Source: Octopus sinensis (lineage: Eukaryota). From it: DNA of 64,000 bases. The position numbers were made by a program, and so were the translations under genes. Below the pieces are notes generated by a model that was not told the DNA's origin, did no database searches, and saw only the letters and a program-made list of their open reading frames with translations. Shown piece by piece: positions 39,156-51,575 of the stretch. Every line of letters begins with the position of its first letter. Positions within the stretch are counted from its first letter, which is position 1. Location of the stretch: NCBI RefSeq assembly GCF_006345805.1, contig NC_042999.1, forward strand, positions 172,670,001 through 172,734,000, in the 5' to 3' direction.

Positions 39156-40089
39156 GAAGGTCACGCGCTGTTTTTGTTTGCTGTTGGTCTATGAGTAACA
39201 GTTAGTTGGAAAATACCGCATGGTGAACAGGAAATTGAATAGGACAGTGAATAGACCACGTGGTGATTAGAGGTCGGTCAGGTTTTTTGGTACAAGTTAT
39301 AAAGGGGTGGCATGCGTAAGTATATTGCGTCACCATATTCACCCGGTCCCTCCAACTGCCAGCTCTGCCTCCGCGAAAATCTGCATATCTTCCAATAACC
39401 CGCCGTATCCATGAACAATAAAGTACAATTTATCGCATTGCTGTCACCAAAGATATACCATCTTAGCAGCAGCTCTTACTCAGCACCCCCTGGACCAAGG
39501 TCACCGCTACACAACAGCCATTTACTAATCCGCAACGTTTACCGACCCCTAACACATACCAATCCCCAACGCTTGTTTTGCGCGTGCATAATCGCATACG
39601 TGCGTGTGCGAATGCATATGTGCATGCATATGCGTGTGTGCGTCTGCACACTGGTATGCATGCGTACATACATGCGAATATACGTATGTACATAAGAATG
39701 AATACGTATGTGGCTGTGTATGCGAATATCTTTGTTCATGTGTGGGTATGCTTGTGAGTGCGTGTATGTGCGCGCGTGCGTTTTCGTCCAAGCGTGTGAT
39801 TGTGTGTGATTGTGTGTGTAAGTGTTTTTGTGTGCAGACGTGCGCATGCGTATAACTGCGCACACTCACGTCAACATACACATGCACACGAAACTACACA
39901 CTCACATATAAAACTATATACTCGCACATGCCGCCCCTTGACCCTTCTCCCAAGAACCTGATCAATTTCTAATCGCCACGTGGTCTATTTCCTGTCCTCC
40001 ACGTGGTCAATTTCCTGCTCACCATGCGGTATTTTCCAACTAACAGTTACCTGTATAACAACATCAAACCATGATACCGCGTGACCTTC
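39156..40089. repeat. Diverged ~170-bp inverted repeat pair (39156-39324 and 39917-40089)
   Basis: Shared core GTTAGTTGGAAAATACCGCATGGTGA.CAGGAAATTGA and AATAGACCACGTGG.GATTAGA in opposite orientation around a CA/GT-rich spacer. Confidence 0.75.
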
Positions 40090-40770
40090 TGGAAAATAGC
40101 CATCTGCACTCCATGCAGATCTCTCAGATGATTTAACAAGGTATTAAAGAGCCGTGATCCCTTGGGTACCAAGGTATTTCAGTACATTGTCCTCAGAGTA
40201 GATGAGAGGGTTGTAACCTATAGAACTATGAAGAATGCAGTGACTTCTAGTTTGGGAGCTGCTCTAGCTCTCGAAGTCAAAGTTTGGTGCCAACCGCTCC
40301 AGGAACTTCCATACTGAATATTACTTCCATCTTCGCTCCAGGAGACAGATTCGGAGTACTTTCGTTCTCTCTCAGTTGTTCAGCGGTTGCGTCGATGCAA
40401 TTTTCATTGTATAGTACTGTTAAAACTGCCTCAAGGTCCGTTATTAATCGGACATTGTGGGGTGACCACAGTAGTGGGCAATAGTCCAGAGGGCTGCAGA
40501 CAAATACCCACCATAGAAACAACCTAATTTCTACATCTCTTGCTGTGAAAGTTCTCAGACTCTATCCGGCCATTCGCCTGTATATTGCCATTATTTTGGT
40601 AACATGCACGTGAAACGAAGCGTTTTTGCTTACGTCAGTCCTCAAAATACGGAATGTCTTTCACTCTGGTATTAACGCTCCTTTTGGTCAAAAGTATCTT
40701 TATTGTGTCATATTAGCCGAAAGTACCCGATAACGGAGGGATTAGAATTTTCCTGCTTTAAATTTCATGT
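40090..40770 (-). mobile_element. CR1-type LINE relic, RT C-terminal region
   Basis: Translation pieces NASFHVHVTKI...RRMAG*SLRTFTARD...FVCSPLDYCPLLWSPHNVRLITDLEAV...KGSRLFNTLLNHLRDLHGV, matching CR1/L2-group thumb-region motifs. Confidence 0.8.
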
Positions 40771-41155
40771 TGTTCTCTCCACTCAACTTACATATGGCAT
40801 CTAAGTTTTTCTATCCGTATATAGTATGTATTCCTACTAATGAAAAGTTTTACGGAAAATATGCCGTTCTACCTAATATAATTTTAATATTATTTTAATA
40901 CGCATTTGATGTGTGCTTGATTTCAAAGAAGCTATATGATGTTTCACAAGCACTCAGCTCGGGGTACACTGCATCTTATCGTAGAAACAATTTTAAGCTG
41001 ATGAACGTGTGCGTACGTTACATCTGTTCTTTTCTAATTCATTAATTAAAATTACGCTCTCTACTCGCCTATCGATTAAAGCTAAAGCAAAGCATAGGTA
41101 AATCTAGATATAACACCAGCTAATTATTATTCTTACACCTAAGTGAAATCACGTG

Positions 41156-41190
<35 letters not shown>

Positions 41191-41244
41191 ATGTATGTAT
41201 ATATGTGTATATATATATATGTATATATATATAATATATATATA

Positions 41245-41295
<51 letters not shown>

Positions 41296-42814
41296 TATAT
41301 ATATATATATACATATATACATACATGCACACGCACACTTACACATATGTGTATATTTCGCGCACATACACACATTCTCACACATACCAGACACACACCT
41401 GCCTACGCTATAAAATATTTAACACCATTATAGATATTTTGATTGGAATTAAACACTGAACTTTCCAAATGTTAGTTTGTTTGATTTTTTATTTATTTAT
41501 TTATTTATTTATACGTAGCTGTACATGAATTTTCTCACCTACCTTGCTATCTGAAACGTCAAGTAAGGAGGTGAATGTATTCCAACGGTGAAGAACGTGC
41601 TAAGTATTCTCTTAGGAGCAGCAAAATCTAAAAAAGATAATTTACTAATTTTCAACAACATCAGGAATATTTAGAAAAGAATATCAGAGCAATAAAATTA
41701 TTCATATATCTTCGATAGGAAAATAGCGAAATATAATAGTGTTCAATGCATGAATACATTGTATATATATATAATATACTCTAATATATTAATTTTTTTC
41801 TATTATGAATACAAAATAAGACTGTTTCCATACAGGGATCATTGTAAGAAATTGGTTGAATAGAATTGCTTATTATTGATACAAATTTCTATGCAATATA
41901 TACAATGATACAACTGACGTAATATCTTATCTCGTTGTAATCGTGTTGTCGTGTTGTATATCTGGAATCACTGCAATAGTGGAATATAAACACTATCCCT
42001 ATAAGCATACGTCCAGATTATTATCAATCGTATCTCTATGTTCGTATATATTTTGCCAACTGTGTTGAATGTAGTAAGATAATATATGTCGAACAAACAA
42101 AATACATATATGTTCTCAAACAGAAAATACACTTTTATAAACGTGGACCAGTCAATAAACAGAGACACAAAGACCACATGGAATATACAATAACTGTTAT
42201 ATAGAAGATGAAAATATATGCTAGGGTTATCATTGTCCTTAAGAATAATCGATTGTTTCACGTCTTTGTCGGTGCGTGTTTCCTATAGTTGATATTTCCA
42301 AGGACAAAATTATTATGCTGTATTGGCAAATGCATTCAGTTTATCACACAAATGTGTGGGCGTCAGTGTCAGCTTGAATATTCGTACGAATGTTTGTAAT
42401 GCGCATGTGTGTGTATTTGTGTGTGTATGCGTGCGTGTGTGTGTGTGTGTGTGTGTGTGAAGGACGCTGTCCTTGTTTATATGTAATTGGTATGATGCCC
42501 AAAATTCCGATCTATGCAGAAAAGATTACACTTTGGTAAAGTTTATGGGTTTCTTTGCTAAAAAGCCATAACATTTAAAGAACTATAGAAAACGATGTTT
42601 CATTCATCGACAAGAGAAGTGAGTTGTCTTTGTAGCAATCTCCTCGCATGTATCTCATATTCTAATCTGGAGACTTATCTGTAAAAGAGTGGCTAGATTA
42701 AAATCTCGCAAGAGCCATAGACAACGATATAGTACGAAATAGAAAAATAAAGTTTATAAAATGAAAATTGGTTGTTGGAATCTCATACATAGAAATCAAC
42801 GAGATAATCACAGT

Positions 42815-43493
42815 GCTACGAACTTTTGCAGATTAATTGGTCGAAAGGTGACTCACACTGTTAGTGCTTGTGAAAGTCTTGCGAAGAAAGATTTACAAGC
42901 GAAAACATGACAAGCAACCCAAAACATTCACTAGCTGTTATGCCAGAAGTATGGATACGAGGTAGCGAGTGCTTGGTACCAACATACACCAGAAAAGGTA
43001 ATGGACGAAAAGGAGAAGGCAAAAATCCTCTGGGACTTTAACATTCAGTCAAACAAGGTGTTAGAGCACCGTAGGCAGGATAAAGTAACCTTTAGCGGGG
43101 ACAAACAAGATTGTCTAATAATCGACGTGGTAGTGTCAGGAGGTCAATATATTGTCTTCGAAGAAAGAGAAAAGATTGATAAATATGGAGACCTGAGAAC
43201 TGAGATCGCCAAGATGAGGTAGCTACAAGATTCGAACATAAATGTTTTCCCTGTTGTAATCGGGACGTTGGGTTCAATATCAGGCAAGTTGAGAAACCCC
43301 TGGAAACTTCAGAAATACACTACAATCTTGGTGAATTGTAAACATCGGCATTACTAGGAACTGCACGGATATTTCGCAAAGTAATGTCTATCATTGGTCC
43401 TTGTTGTGACTTGACAGACAGTACACACACCGGGTAGACACAATATCTTCAAGCAACAACAAGAGGATATTGCAAATTGTGCGACGTCTTCAA
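42815..43493 (+). mobile_element. 3' part of a third R4/Dong-type family, decayed
   Basis: WYQHTPEKVMDEKEKAKILWDFNIQSNKVLEHRRQD...CLIIDVVV...EKIDKYGDLRTEIAKM...PVVIGTLG; ends in (AAT)n. Confidence 0.85.
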
Positions 43494-43555
43494 TAATAAT
43501 AATAATAATGATAATAATAATAATAATGATGATGATGATGATAATAATAATAATG

Positions 43556-43645
<90 letters not shown>
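43494..43645. repeat. (AAT)n abutting (ATT)n: inverted trinucleotide microsatellite
   Basis: Strand switch at ~43600. Confidence 0.95.
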
Positions 43646-43647
43646 AA

Positions 43648-45300
43648 ACAAGTTATACAGATCTTGAAGCAAGCTTTCCAGGTATCTATACAGTTCACCG
43701 TCCAAAGCACCTGACATCAGCTACCAGATTAGTGAAAGGCATATTATTGGTCTAAATTTGGATGCAACATTTCCCTTTTCAAGATCCTTGGCCCATAACA
43801 ATGTCTTTCTTTTTATCATCCAGCTGGGTATTGCGCTTTTCTGCAAGCAATCATCTAGTTGTCGCGCTGTCCTTTCATAGAGCTCTCTCAGCTTTTTCAT
43901 CCAATACGTAACCCCATCTGGTCCTGGTCTCTTCCAATTTGGAAACTTTTTAATTGTTTTTTTTTTATCATTTCTATACTTATCTTTATGTCCTATTGGC
44001 CTTCTGTATTTCTTAACCTGTCTTGGATTTCATGCAGCCATTCCGCTCCATCATTATGCGCAACAGATCCATCTCCAGAATGTTCTGCTTTCCTTTGCAT
44101 CTGGTATCAATGTTACGTGTCCATCTAGTTCTTGAAGCAGTTTCTTCTGATTTGCTTCAAACAATCTGTTTTGCCTGAATTGTTTTGTTCTATTGTCATA
44201 TCTTTCCAGTTTTGCTTCGATTGCTACTGCTCTTTGTTACAATTCTTCCAATATCACATTATACCCGTTATCTCTTACTATATGTTCTTTCCAGCATTAT
44301 TATTATGCTTTCGTTCTGCAGTTCCCCTCTATTCAATCTATCACCTTGTCCTAAATTTCTCTGTAACTCTGTTTCTTACAAATTCGTCTACACCGGAATT
44401 GGTTTGTTCTCTTCTTTTGTATCGAACTCTGTCTGCAGTAACCATAGCTGCATCCCAAATTATCTTGCTAATTTCAGTTACTTTTTTCGTCTGGAATAAC
44501 CCAAGGACCGAATCTTTCTTTTCGGTTTCAACTTTGAGCTTGCATCGATCAATGTACCTCAGATTGGCAGATGCTCGATCTTGGTCTCTTCTAATATATT
44601 GGCTCAGTATCCTCATTACATCTCGTTGGTCATCATCGTATTCGTGTGCTATAGCTCTTCCTATTATTTCTGCCTCATTTGCTGAGAATGCATTTACATT
44701 TACACTTTGCTCTACGTTTTCACTGCCAGCGTTCATTTCTCTCTTCTTACTGAGCAATTTATCTGTTGGTGAAATATTGTTTCTATTTCCTACTTTCCTT
44801 TATATCTCTTCAATTTCTGTGTCTGTTAACCACCCTTTTGTTCTTATTGGTCTTGTCTCGTCGGCTAACCGTTGCTCACTTATTTCGAAAAGTCCTATTT
44901 CATTCCATTTTGCTATCATTTGTTGTCGGAATCCCTTCTATTGGTTTCACTCCTGATCCAGCATTCAGTCACCGTTCGCTTTGTCTCCTTATCTCGCCTT
45001 TTTCTCTACCACTGGTTTTGTGTACAAGCAGTTTCTGGATGACGACAGGGCCTGCACTGCTCAACCACAGGGCAACTGCCGAGCGAAAGGCTTTCACCTT
45101 GGGTTCCAGCCTTATTAACACCGTTATTTGATACATTTGGGTTAGACATTTTCACTCTACAATGAGGTTTGTGTTTTAAGGTTAGCCACCAACCGGTATT
45201 TTCATCGAGACACGATCTCTAGTAAAATTGTTTACCAAGACTGCAAAGCTAAAACCACCCGTAAGTTGGTCCTGAAACCTTTGCATTTCTGTGTGTTGTT
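43648..45300 (-). mobile_element. 5' half of an R4/Dong-type element (5' UTR, N-terminal domain, RT start), decayed
   Basis: Pieces: RRGFRQQMIAKWNEIGLFEISEQRLADETR.IRTKGWLTDTEIEEI; LERYDNRTKQFRQNRLFEANQKKLLQEL; NWKRPGPDG...YWMKKL...PSWM...FRPIICL. Confidence 0.8.
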
Positions 45301-45301
45301 G

Positions 45302-45332
<31 letters not shown>

Positions 45333-45333
<1 letters not shown>

Positions 45334-46117
45334 TTTTTTTTTCTTCTTTCAAATTTGCTTCCATTTCTTGCCGAGTGTCTTCCCGACTCCTAGGGCAAAG
45401 AAACTCATAGTATACATTGGTAGGCCATTAAACCAAACTCAGTAGTTCGTTCATTTTTTTTTTTTTAAGTTAAATTAAAATACATGAGCAGCAACAGTTC
45501 TCACATCGACAATGCTCTTCTCAATACGTGTGATGTACCAGTTAATACAATCTTTTGCACTTCTTGCAGGGATGGTAAGCCAGGGATCATTCTCATATAA
45601 TTTTCGGTTCCCTTCTTGATCATTCCTAGTGCTCCTACGATCACTGGTATTGTAACCGCCTTGAGATGCCACATTTTCTCAATTTCAATGAGTAGGTCTT
45701 TATATTTTCTGAGCTTGTCAAACTCTTTCGCTGAGATATTATGATCACAGGGGATGCTCATGTTGATCAATAAGCAAACTTTATTGTTTTGGTCTTTCAC
45801 GACAATATCTGGTTTATTGGCCTTGATGGTTCGGTCTGTATGTACTGGAAAGTCCCACAGAATGGTTACATTTTCTCCTTCAGTTACAGCCTCAGGGTGG
45901 TGATTATACCAATTGTCGGCAGTTTTGATATTGTAATGCCGACTTATTAGCCAGTGGAGATATTGGCCAACTATGTCATGTCTAAATTTATACTCCACTG
46001 GTGCTAAGACGTTACATCCAGAGATTAGGTGGTCCACTGTTTCAATCATGTTGCAGAATCGGCATTTTGGGTCTGCTCCATTTTTCATCACATTGGCCTG
46101 GTAGTTCCGAGTTAATA
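45333..46117 (-). mobile_element. 5'-truncated R4/Dong-type element with intact 196-codon zinc-knuckle + RLE reading frame (45501-46091)
   Basis: CRFC..IETVDHLISGC (CCHC), KPDIVVK...LLI(N)MSIPCD...KLRKYKDL...PVIVGALG; (TAA)n on both sides (45303-45332 and 46113-46196). Confidence 0.92.
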
Positions 46118-46157
46118 TTATTATTATTATTATATTATTATTATTATTATATTATTA

Positions 46158-46196
<39 letters not shown>

Positions 46197-46199
46197 GTA

Positions 46200-46412
46200 G
46201 GTCGGCGAGCTGGTAGAATTGTTAGCAAGCAGGACAAACGACTTAGCGGTGTTTCGCCTGTCACTACTCTCTGCGTTCAAATTCCACCGAGGTTGACTTT
46301 GTCTTTCATCGTTTCGGGGTCGATGAATTAAGTATAAGTTGAATACTGAGGTCAATGTAATCGACTTATCCCCTCCCCAAAAATTGCTGCCCTTGCGACT
46401 AAATTTGAAACC
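46200..46412 (+). mobile_element. SINE family B copy
   Basis: GGTCGGCGAGCTGGTAGAATTGTTAGC...GCGTTCAAATTCC...GGGGTCGATGAATTAAGTA...GTAATCGACTTATCCCCTCCCC. Confidence 0.85.
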
Positions 46413-46427
46413 ATTATTATTTAAATC

Positions 46428-46636
46428 GGTGAGGTGGCAGAATCGTTAGCACGCGGGGAAAAACGCATAGCGGCATTTCGTTCGTCACTGTTTTCTGAGC
46501 TTAAATTCTGTCGAGGTCGACATTGCTTTTCATCCTTTCGAGTTTGATAAAATAAGTATCAGTTGAATACTGGGTTCGATGCAATCGACTCATACCCTCA
46601 CCCAAAATGCTGCTCTTGTGGCAAAATTTGAAGCCA
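46428..46636 (+). mobile_element. SINE family B copy, head-to-tail with the previous one
   Basis: GGTGAGGTGGCAGAATCGTTAGC...GAGGTCGAC...CATCCTTTCG...ATAAGTATCAGTTGAATACTGGGTTCGATGCAATCGACT. Confidence 0.85.
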
Positions 46637-46743
46637 ATATTATTAGTTGCTGAAATCTCTCAGCTTATTTTGCTGGGTATGATAGAACGTGCGAGCTGCC
46701 AACAGCAAACAGGCTAAGGTGACATTTGTTTAATGACCATGCT

Positions 46744-46784
<41 letters not shown>

Positions 46785-46920
46785 TATTATTATTACCATT
46801 TTTATTATTATATGTGTGGTCGTTGCAATAACAACAACAACAACATCTATAATCATAAACCATCCAACAAGTAGACAATATGTAGATATACGTGTATTCA
46901 CATATGTATATATGAAGGTA

Positions 46921-46971
46921 TGTATGTATAGATGTATATCTATATCTATACCCATACGTAAGTATTTATAT

Positions 46972-47045
<74 letters not shown>

Positions 47046-47177
47046 ATGTATACATACGTATGGGTATAGATATAGATATGCATCTATACCTACATACCAT
47101 ATGTATGTATAGATGTATGTATAGGTATGTATGTATAGATGCATATCTATATCTATACCCAAACGTAAGTATTATAT

Positions 47178-47262
<85 letters not shown>

Positions 47263-47318
47263 ATGTATACATATGTATGGGTATAGATATAGATATGCAT
47301 CTATACATACATACCATC
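46921..47318. repeat. Duplicated palindromic unit wrapped around (TA)n tracts
   Basis: TATAGATG.ATATCTATATCTATACCCA.ACGTA...(TA)n...TATGGGTATAGATATAGATATGCATCTATAC occurs twice in tandem. Confidence 0.8.
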
Positions 47319-47665
47319 GGGAGAATTTACAATATATGAATATATATATATTCATATATATTCACATATGTCCGTGTGTGTATGTGTGTGTGTGTTATGT
47401 GCGTACGTTTGTGTGTGTTTACAAAGAAAAGAAAAGAGTAATCAATACTTTGCACACAGACTATATTTAATAGTACTCATTTGTTTATCCACGCCATTGT
47501 TACTCGGAGCTCTACACATTAAATTTATACGTCTGAACAATCACATAGAATATTGAATGAATGTCTACACGTATAATTTCCATGTATGAAACTTCAAGTG
47601 ATATTGGGGTAAATGACTCGTGAAGTATATATGTGCATACATGCGTATGCGCCGTGTATACGTAG

Positions 47666-47702
<37 letters not shown>

Positions 47703-48140
47703 GTGTGTGTGTGTGTGTATGTGTGTGTAAGAGAGAGTGTACATTTGTTTGGTTGGCTCTTAGCTATATTGATACATGTCAGAGAAATATATACTGAATT
47801 GATCTCATCACTTTCAATGTTTGATATGATGATATTTCCACGGAATTGCCTTTGCATAGTTATCAGGCCTTTTCGAAATCAATTTGTCTTGTGGCCATAC
47901 ATGCTATGTGAGATTGCCAAATATCGTCTCCATTCTTTGAACGAGAATGTGGTAGAGTAATATGAGATTTCTGAAGGCGTCTGTGTTAATCATTCACACT
48001 AGCTCAAAAGCGGCTGCTCGAAAATCATTTATATCATGTCGACAGAACAGATGAGTTTTCTTGGTTGTGGTCGGCTAGCAACTGTCAGGGTACAGGTTCT
48101 ACTCATGGATGTTTATTATTTTTGTTTGTTCCTTCTCAAG

Positions 48141-48425
48141 CCATGTCTGGCTCATAAGGGCCAGTTTCCCGGTTTCATTGGCGTATAGTTTCCCCACATG
48201 GACGGGACGCCGGTCCGTCGCAGGTCAGCTGAAAGATAGAGGAGGAAAGAGTGAGAGAAAGTTGTGGCGAAAGAGTCAGCAGAAGTTTGCCATTCCCTTC
48301 TGCCGGAGCCGCGTGGAGCTTAGGAGTTTCGCTCATAAATACACACATCGCCCGTTGTGAGGTTCGAACCTGCGATCCCTCGACCGCGAGTCCGCTGCTC
48401 TAGCCACTAGGCCATGTACTTCCAC
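48141..48425 (-). mobile_element. tRNA-derived SINE family C
   Basis: Minus strand: A box TGGCCTAGTGG, B box GGTTCGAACC, tRNA-like head, then tail TGCGACGGACCGGCGTCCCGTCCA...GAAACCGGGAAACTGGCCCTTATGAGCC. Confidence 0.8.
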
Positions 48426-48989
48426 AGATGTTTATTGTTACTCTTATATCATTCACCAATAGTGGTAAAATCTCACTGGAATTTTTACCACTATTGCAGA
48501 TGGTATTTTGAGATAGCGCGTAGATAACTGAGCATTTGGTAAGAATATGTATCATGACTTGTTTCGATGCCGAGAAACCTCATGATATTGCCGACATAGC
48601 AATTCCAGTGTTAGTGTTTCATTGCTTCTAATTTAAAGGTTAATTGCAGCGAGAATATGTTTGCCGATTTAATCCCAATTCACTTTTGGAGGCTTAATTA
48701 AGCGGCATTTATGTTTAGAATAAATGTGGACCTCGTACAATTAAAAGGTGATGTAGAATGTATGCATAAATACATGACACATTTACTCTCTTTTTTGGTG
48801 GGGTGGGGTATCTTATAGTTCCTATATTTGTTTCCTGTTTTCTTTATTGACGACTAGGTGGGGATTCTAATATTTCATGAAACTATACAGATTATTCCGG
48901 GGAGGAATTAATATGTTGGCATCTATCAAATTAGCAAAACAAAATCTGAAATTTGAAACTTTTTCGTTGTAATTAGGTATATTCACGCT

Positions 48990-49900
48990 CTGAAGAGAAC
49001 ATCATCAGCATGATTTCGATTAATAACTCAGTATTCTTCCCACACCGCAGACGTTAATAACAAAACCAGCAAAATTATAAGAGGAGTTTAATAACACATG
49101 CAAACACTTACTCTAACAACTCTAAAGTAATGGAGACCGACATTACCAATGGCGTCCTGTATCACCAGGAATCCCACTTTTTCTCTTCATTCACGCTAAA
49201 TCTATTGGAGATTATTTATACAGATGAGTAAACTATCATATCGGAGAATTTTGTTGGAAGCTGCATTTTGCCTTAGACATCATCAAAGACTCTCGCATGC
49301 CTAGCATGCGGATCGCCAATAGAAACTGTCCAAGTATTAGCTACATTGACCACTAACCTTATATACATGTAGCGTCACATCAGATATTCCGAAACACTTT
49401 CATTTAAATCTGATATTTTCTTGGTTTGGGTTTTATCTCCCACACACTTTCATCTATAATTCAATATTTATGTTCCAGCACAGACAACAACGCCTCCTCT
49501 TTTGCAGATGATACAAACCTCATAAATCCCTAAGTATCAGACCCATTCATGTTCTACACGTAAACTGCATATCATACATCATACCTGAGCTGACTCCATG
49601 AAAAGCGGTGATCTTGACATCAACTTTACGTCCGAGCAATAATCCCACAACCAATGCCCACATACTGTAAACATGATTGCTCTTCAGAACTTCTGCAGCT
49701 CCTCCAAATGAATTCCCCCCCCCACACACACACAATCACCCAAAGAATCTGACCCAAAGAAAATACATCTAACATGTCTAGAACCACATGCCAATGACCA
49801 TCGGTTCTCTTAAGAATACAAAATATCCCATTACTCATTCCTCACTCATACTCAAGAAGGCTCGCTCGAAGCCAAAATGCAGTCATGAATTCACATGTAC
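48990..49900 (+). mobile_element. Very old LINE RT relic (CR1-like)
   Basis: Only ITNGV (~49140) and SSFADDTNL (~49495-49520) motifs are recognisable. Confidence 0.4.
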
Positions 49901-50224
49901 GACAATGCTACTGATATGGAGAAAGACACGGTAGGCTACTTCAAAATTCAAAATTCACATGTATATCAATATGTACGTGTATATATTCATACATATTGTA
50001 ACTAAACACGTGCTGTTGGTGATATTTTTCCCTCTCTGAACTTGTTCATTTTCCCTTCAAAGAGCTATGTCAGAAACATGAAAAACTCTCTCATTTTAAC
50101 AAGCGTCAAAATAATAGATTCCCTGTGCACATCCCCATGTTTGTTATTGTTATTTTTAATGTTCGATTATCCGATTTAACTATATATGTATTTCACTGTG
50201 TATGTTTGTGTGACTGTATGTGAG

Positions 50225-50261
<37 letters not shown>

Positions 50262-50266
<5 letters not shown>

Positions 50267-50347
50267 GAAATAGCTATAACCCTTTGACTGCTATTTCTAA
50301 ATTCGGTATGTGGTAAGGCAATTCGTTGCTAAACCCTTTATTGCTAG

Positions 50348-50349
<2 letters not shown>
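50262..50349 (+). mobile_element. Solo ~88-bp fragment of the 599-bp hammerhead element family, embedded in (TA)n
   Basis: Near-identical to ~54098-54185 (AGAAGAAATAGCTATAACCCTTTGACTGCTATTTCTAAATTCGGTATGTGGTAAGGCAATTCGTTGCTAAACCC); (TA)n both sides. Confidence 0.9.
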
Positions 50350-50387
<38 letters not shown>

Positions 50388-51372
50388 TGTGTGTGTGTGT
50401 TGTGTGTGTGTGTGTGTATAGACACACACATACGCATATACATGTATGTCTGTGCTTAACCATGTTTGAGTTTTGCAAAGGACAACGTAAACTTTTTTTT
50501 GAGCTATTTAATTCATAAGTACAACTAACGCTCTGAGTAGGAGATAACTGAAGGTAAATTTAGCTATCAAATATAGACACATCTATAAAATGTGTACCAG
50601 TCAGGGTATGGTTTCGTCATATTTGTGACAATCATTGTAATTGATGCGGCTACGATTTTATCCAGTTGCTGAACCCAGTCAAAGTAAATGTGTATGTCTC
50701 ACTATGTGTAAGTGTCTGTTATATATAGAATTAACACCTATACGGCATAAGGTTTCGATGAAAGAGACTTTTTAACATATATAATCTCCAGCCAATTAGA
50801 GAACTAAGGGTCTATGACTACTTTATTGCATTGTCTGTGAATGAAATTAATCGCAGAATTTTGGCGTTTATATATATTTATCATTCGTCAGGGGTGTGTT
50901 CTCTAACGAAGTAATAAATATATCTGGAGATCAAGAGATAAAAGGAGTGACCTATAACAGTTCATGATCAATGCTCGATAAGACACCAACGTTTTACGAT
51001 TGATCGAAATCCTGTGATATTTATCTTACAAAGAAATTTCCTAATATTGTTTAACCGACGCCACACGTAAACAAAATAATTTAACTTATTTCGTTCTACA
51101 GACATGTAGAAATTCTGACACTTGAACTTCACAACATATTTTGTTGATATATGATGAATAGCAGTTCATAGCAGTGGAAGTGAGATTACTTGAACACCTA
51201 AGTAAAGTAATTAGTCTGTTCTTAATTTATTCTCAGATATCTATCGTGTACACTCGACCAAAGGAACGATTAAACAAACATATGGCTCGTGCGATGTCTA
51301 ATGATCTGTAATCCTACAACTTTAGTTATTTATATACATACATGCACACATACCTATATACATATCATATAT

Positions 51373-51445
<73 letters not shown>

Positions 51446-51539
51446 CATATATAGGAGAATTCACAAAAAGCAAGACGAAGACAAGTGATGTAGACAACAA
51501 ACAGATGTATTAGCTTAACGCTCGGGAAGTGAAAAAAGT

Positions 51540-51575
51540 CTTTAACGTTTCGAGTCCAAGCTCTTCCACAGAAAG
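51540..51575 (-). ncRNA. Hammerhead-like motif, A6U core variant
   Basis: Minus strand: CTTT-CTGTGGA-A-GAG(cttgga)CTC-GAAA-CG-T-T-AAAG; all three helices in register but the core deviates at A6. Confidence 0.45.

Noticed and set aside
44132-44956. 274-aa plus-strand ORF
   Set aside because: Antisense shadow of the decayed Dong-type ORF on the minus strand; F/L/S/I-rich with no motifs.
45000-45300. HDV-like ribozyme expected at the 5' end of an R4-type element (GGCTAA present on the minus strand)
   Set aside because: Could not assemble the nested double pseudoknot (P1/P1.1/P3) by eye; needs a descriptor or covariance-model search.
48350-48425. Possible tRNA gene (A and B boxes)
   Set aside because: No acceptor-stem closure, and it continues directly into a SINE body and tail; treated as a SINE head. 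The same applies to family A and B heads.
48985-49030. CTGAAGA-GAA...TTC-GATT
   Set aside because: No GAAA box and no stem I.
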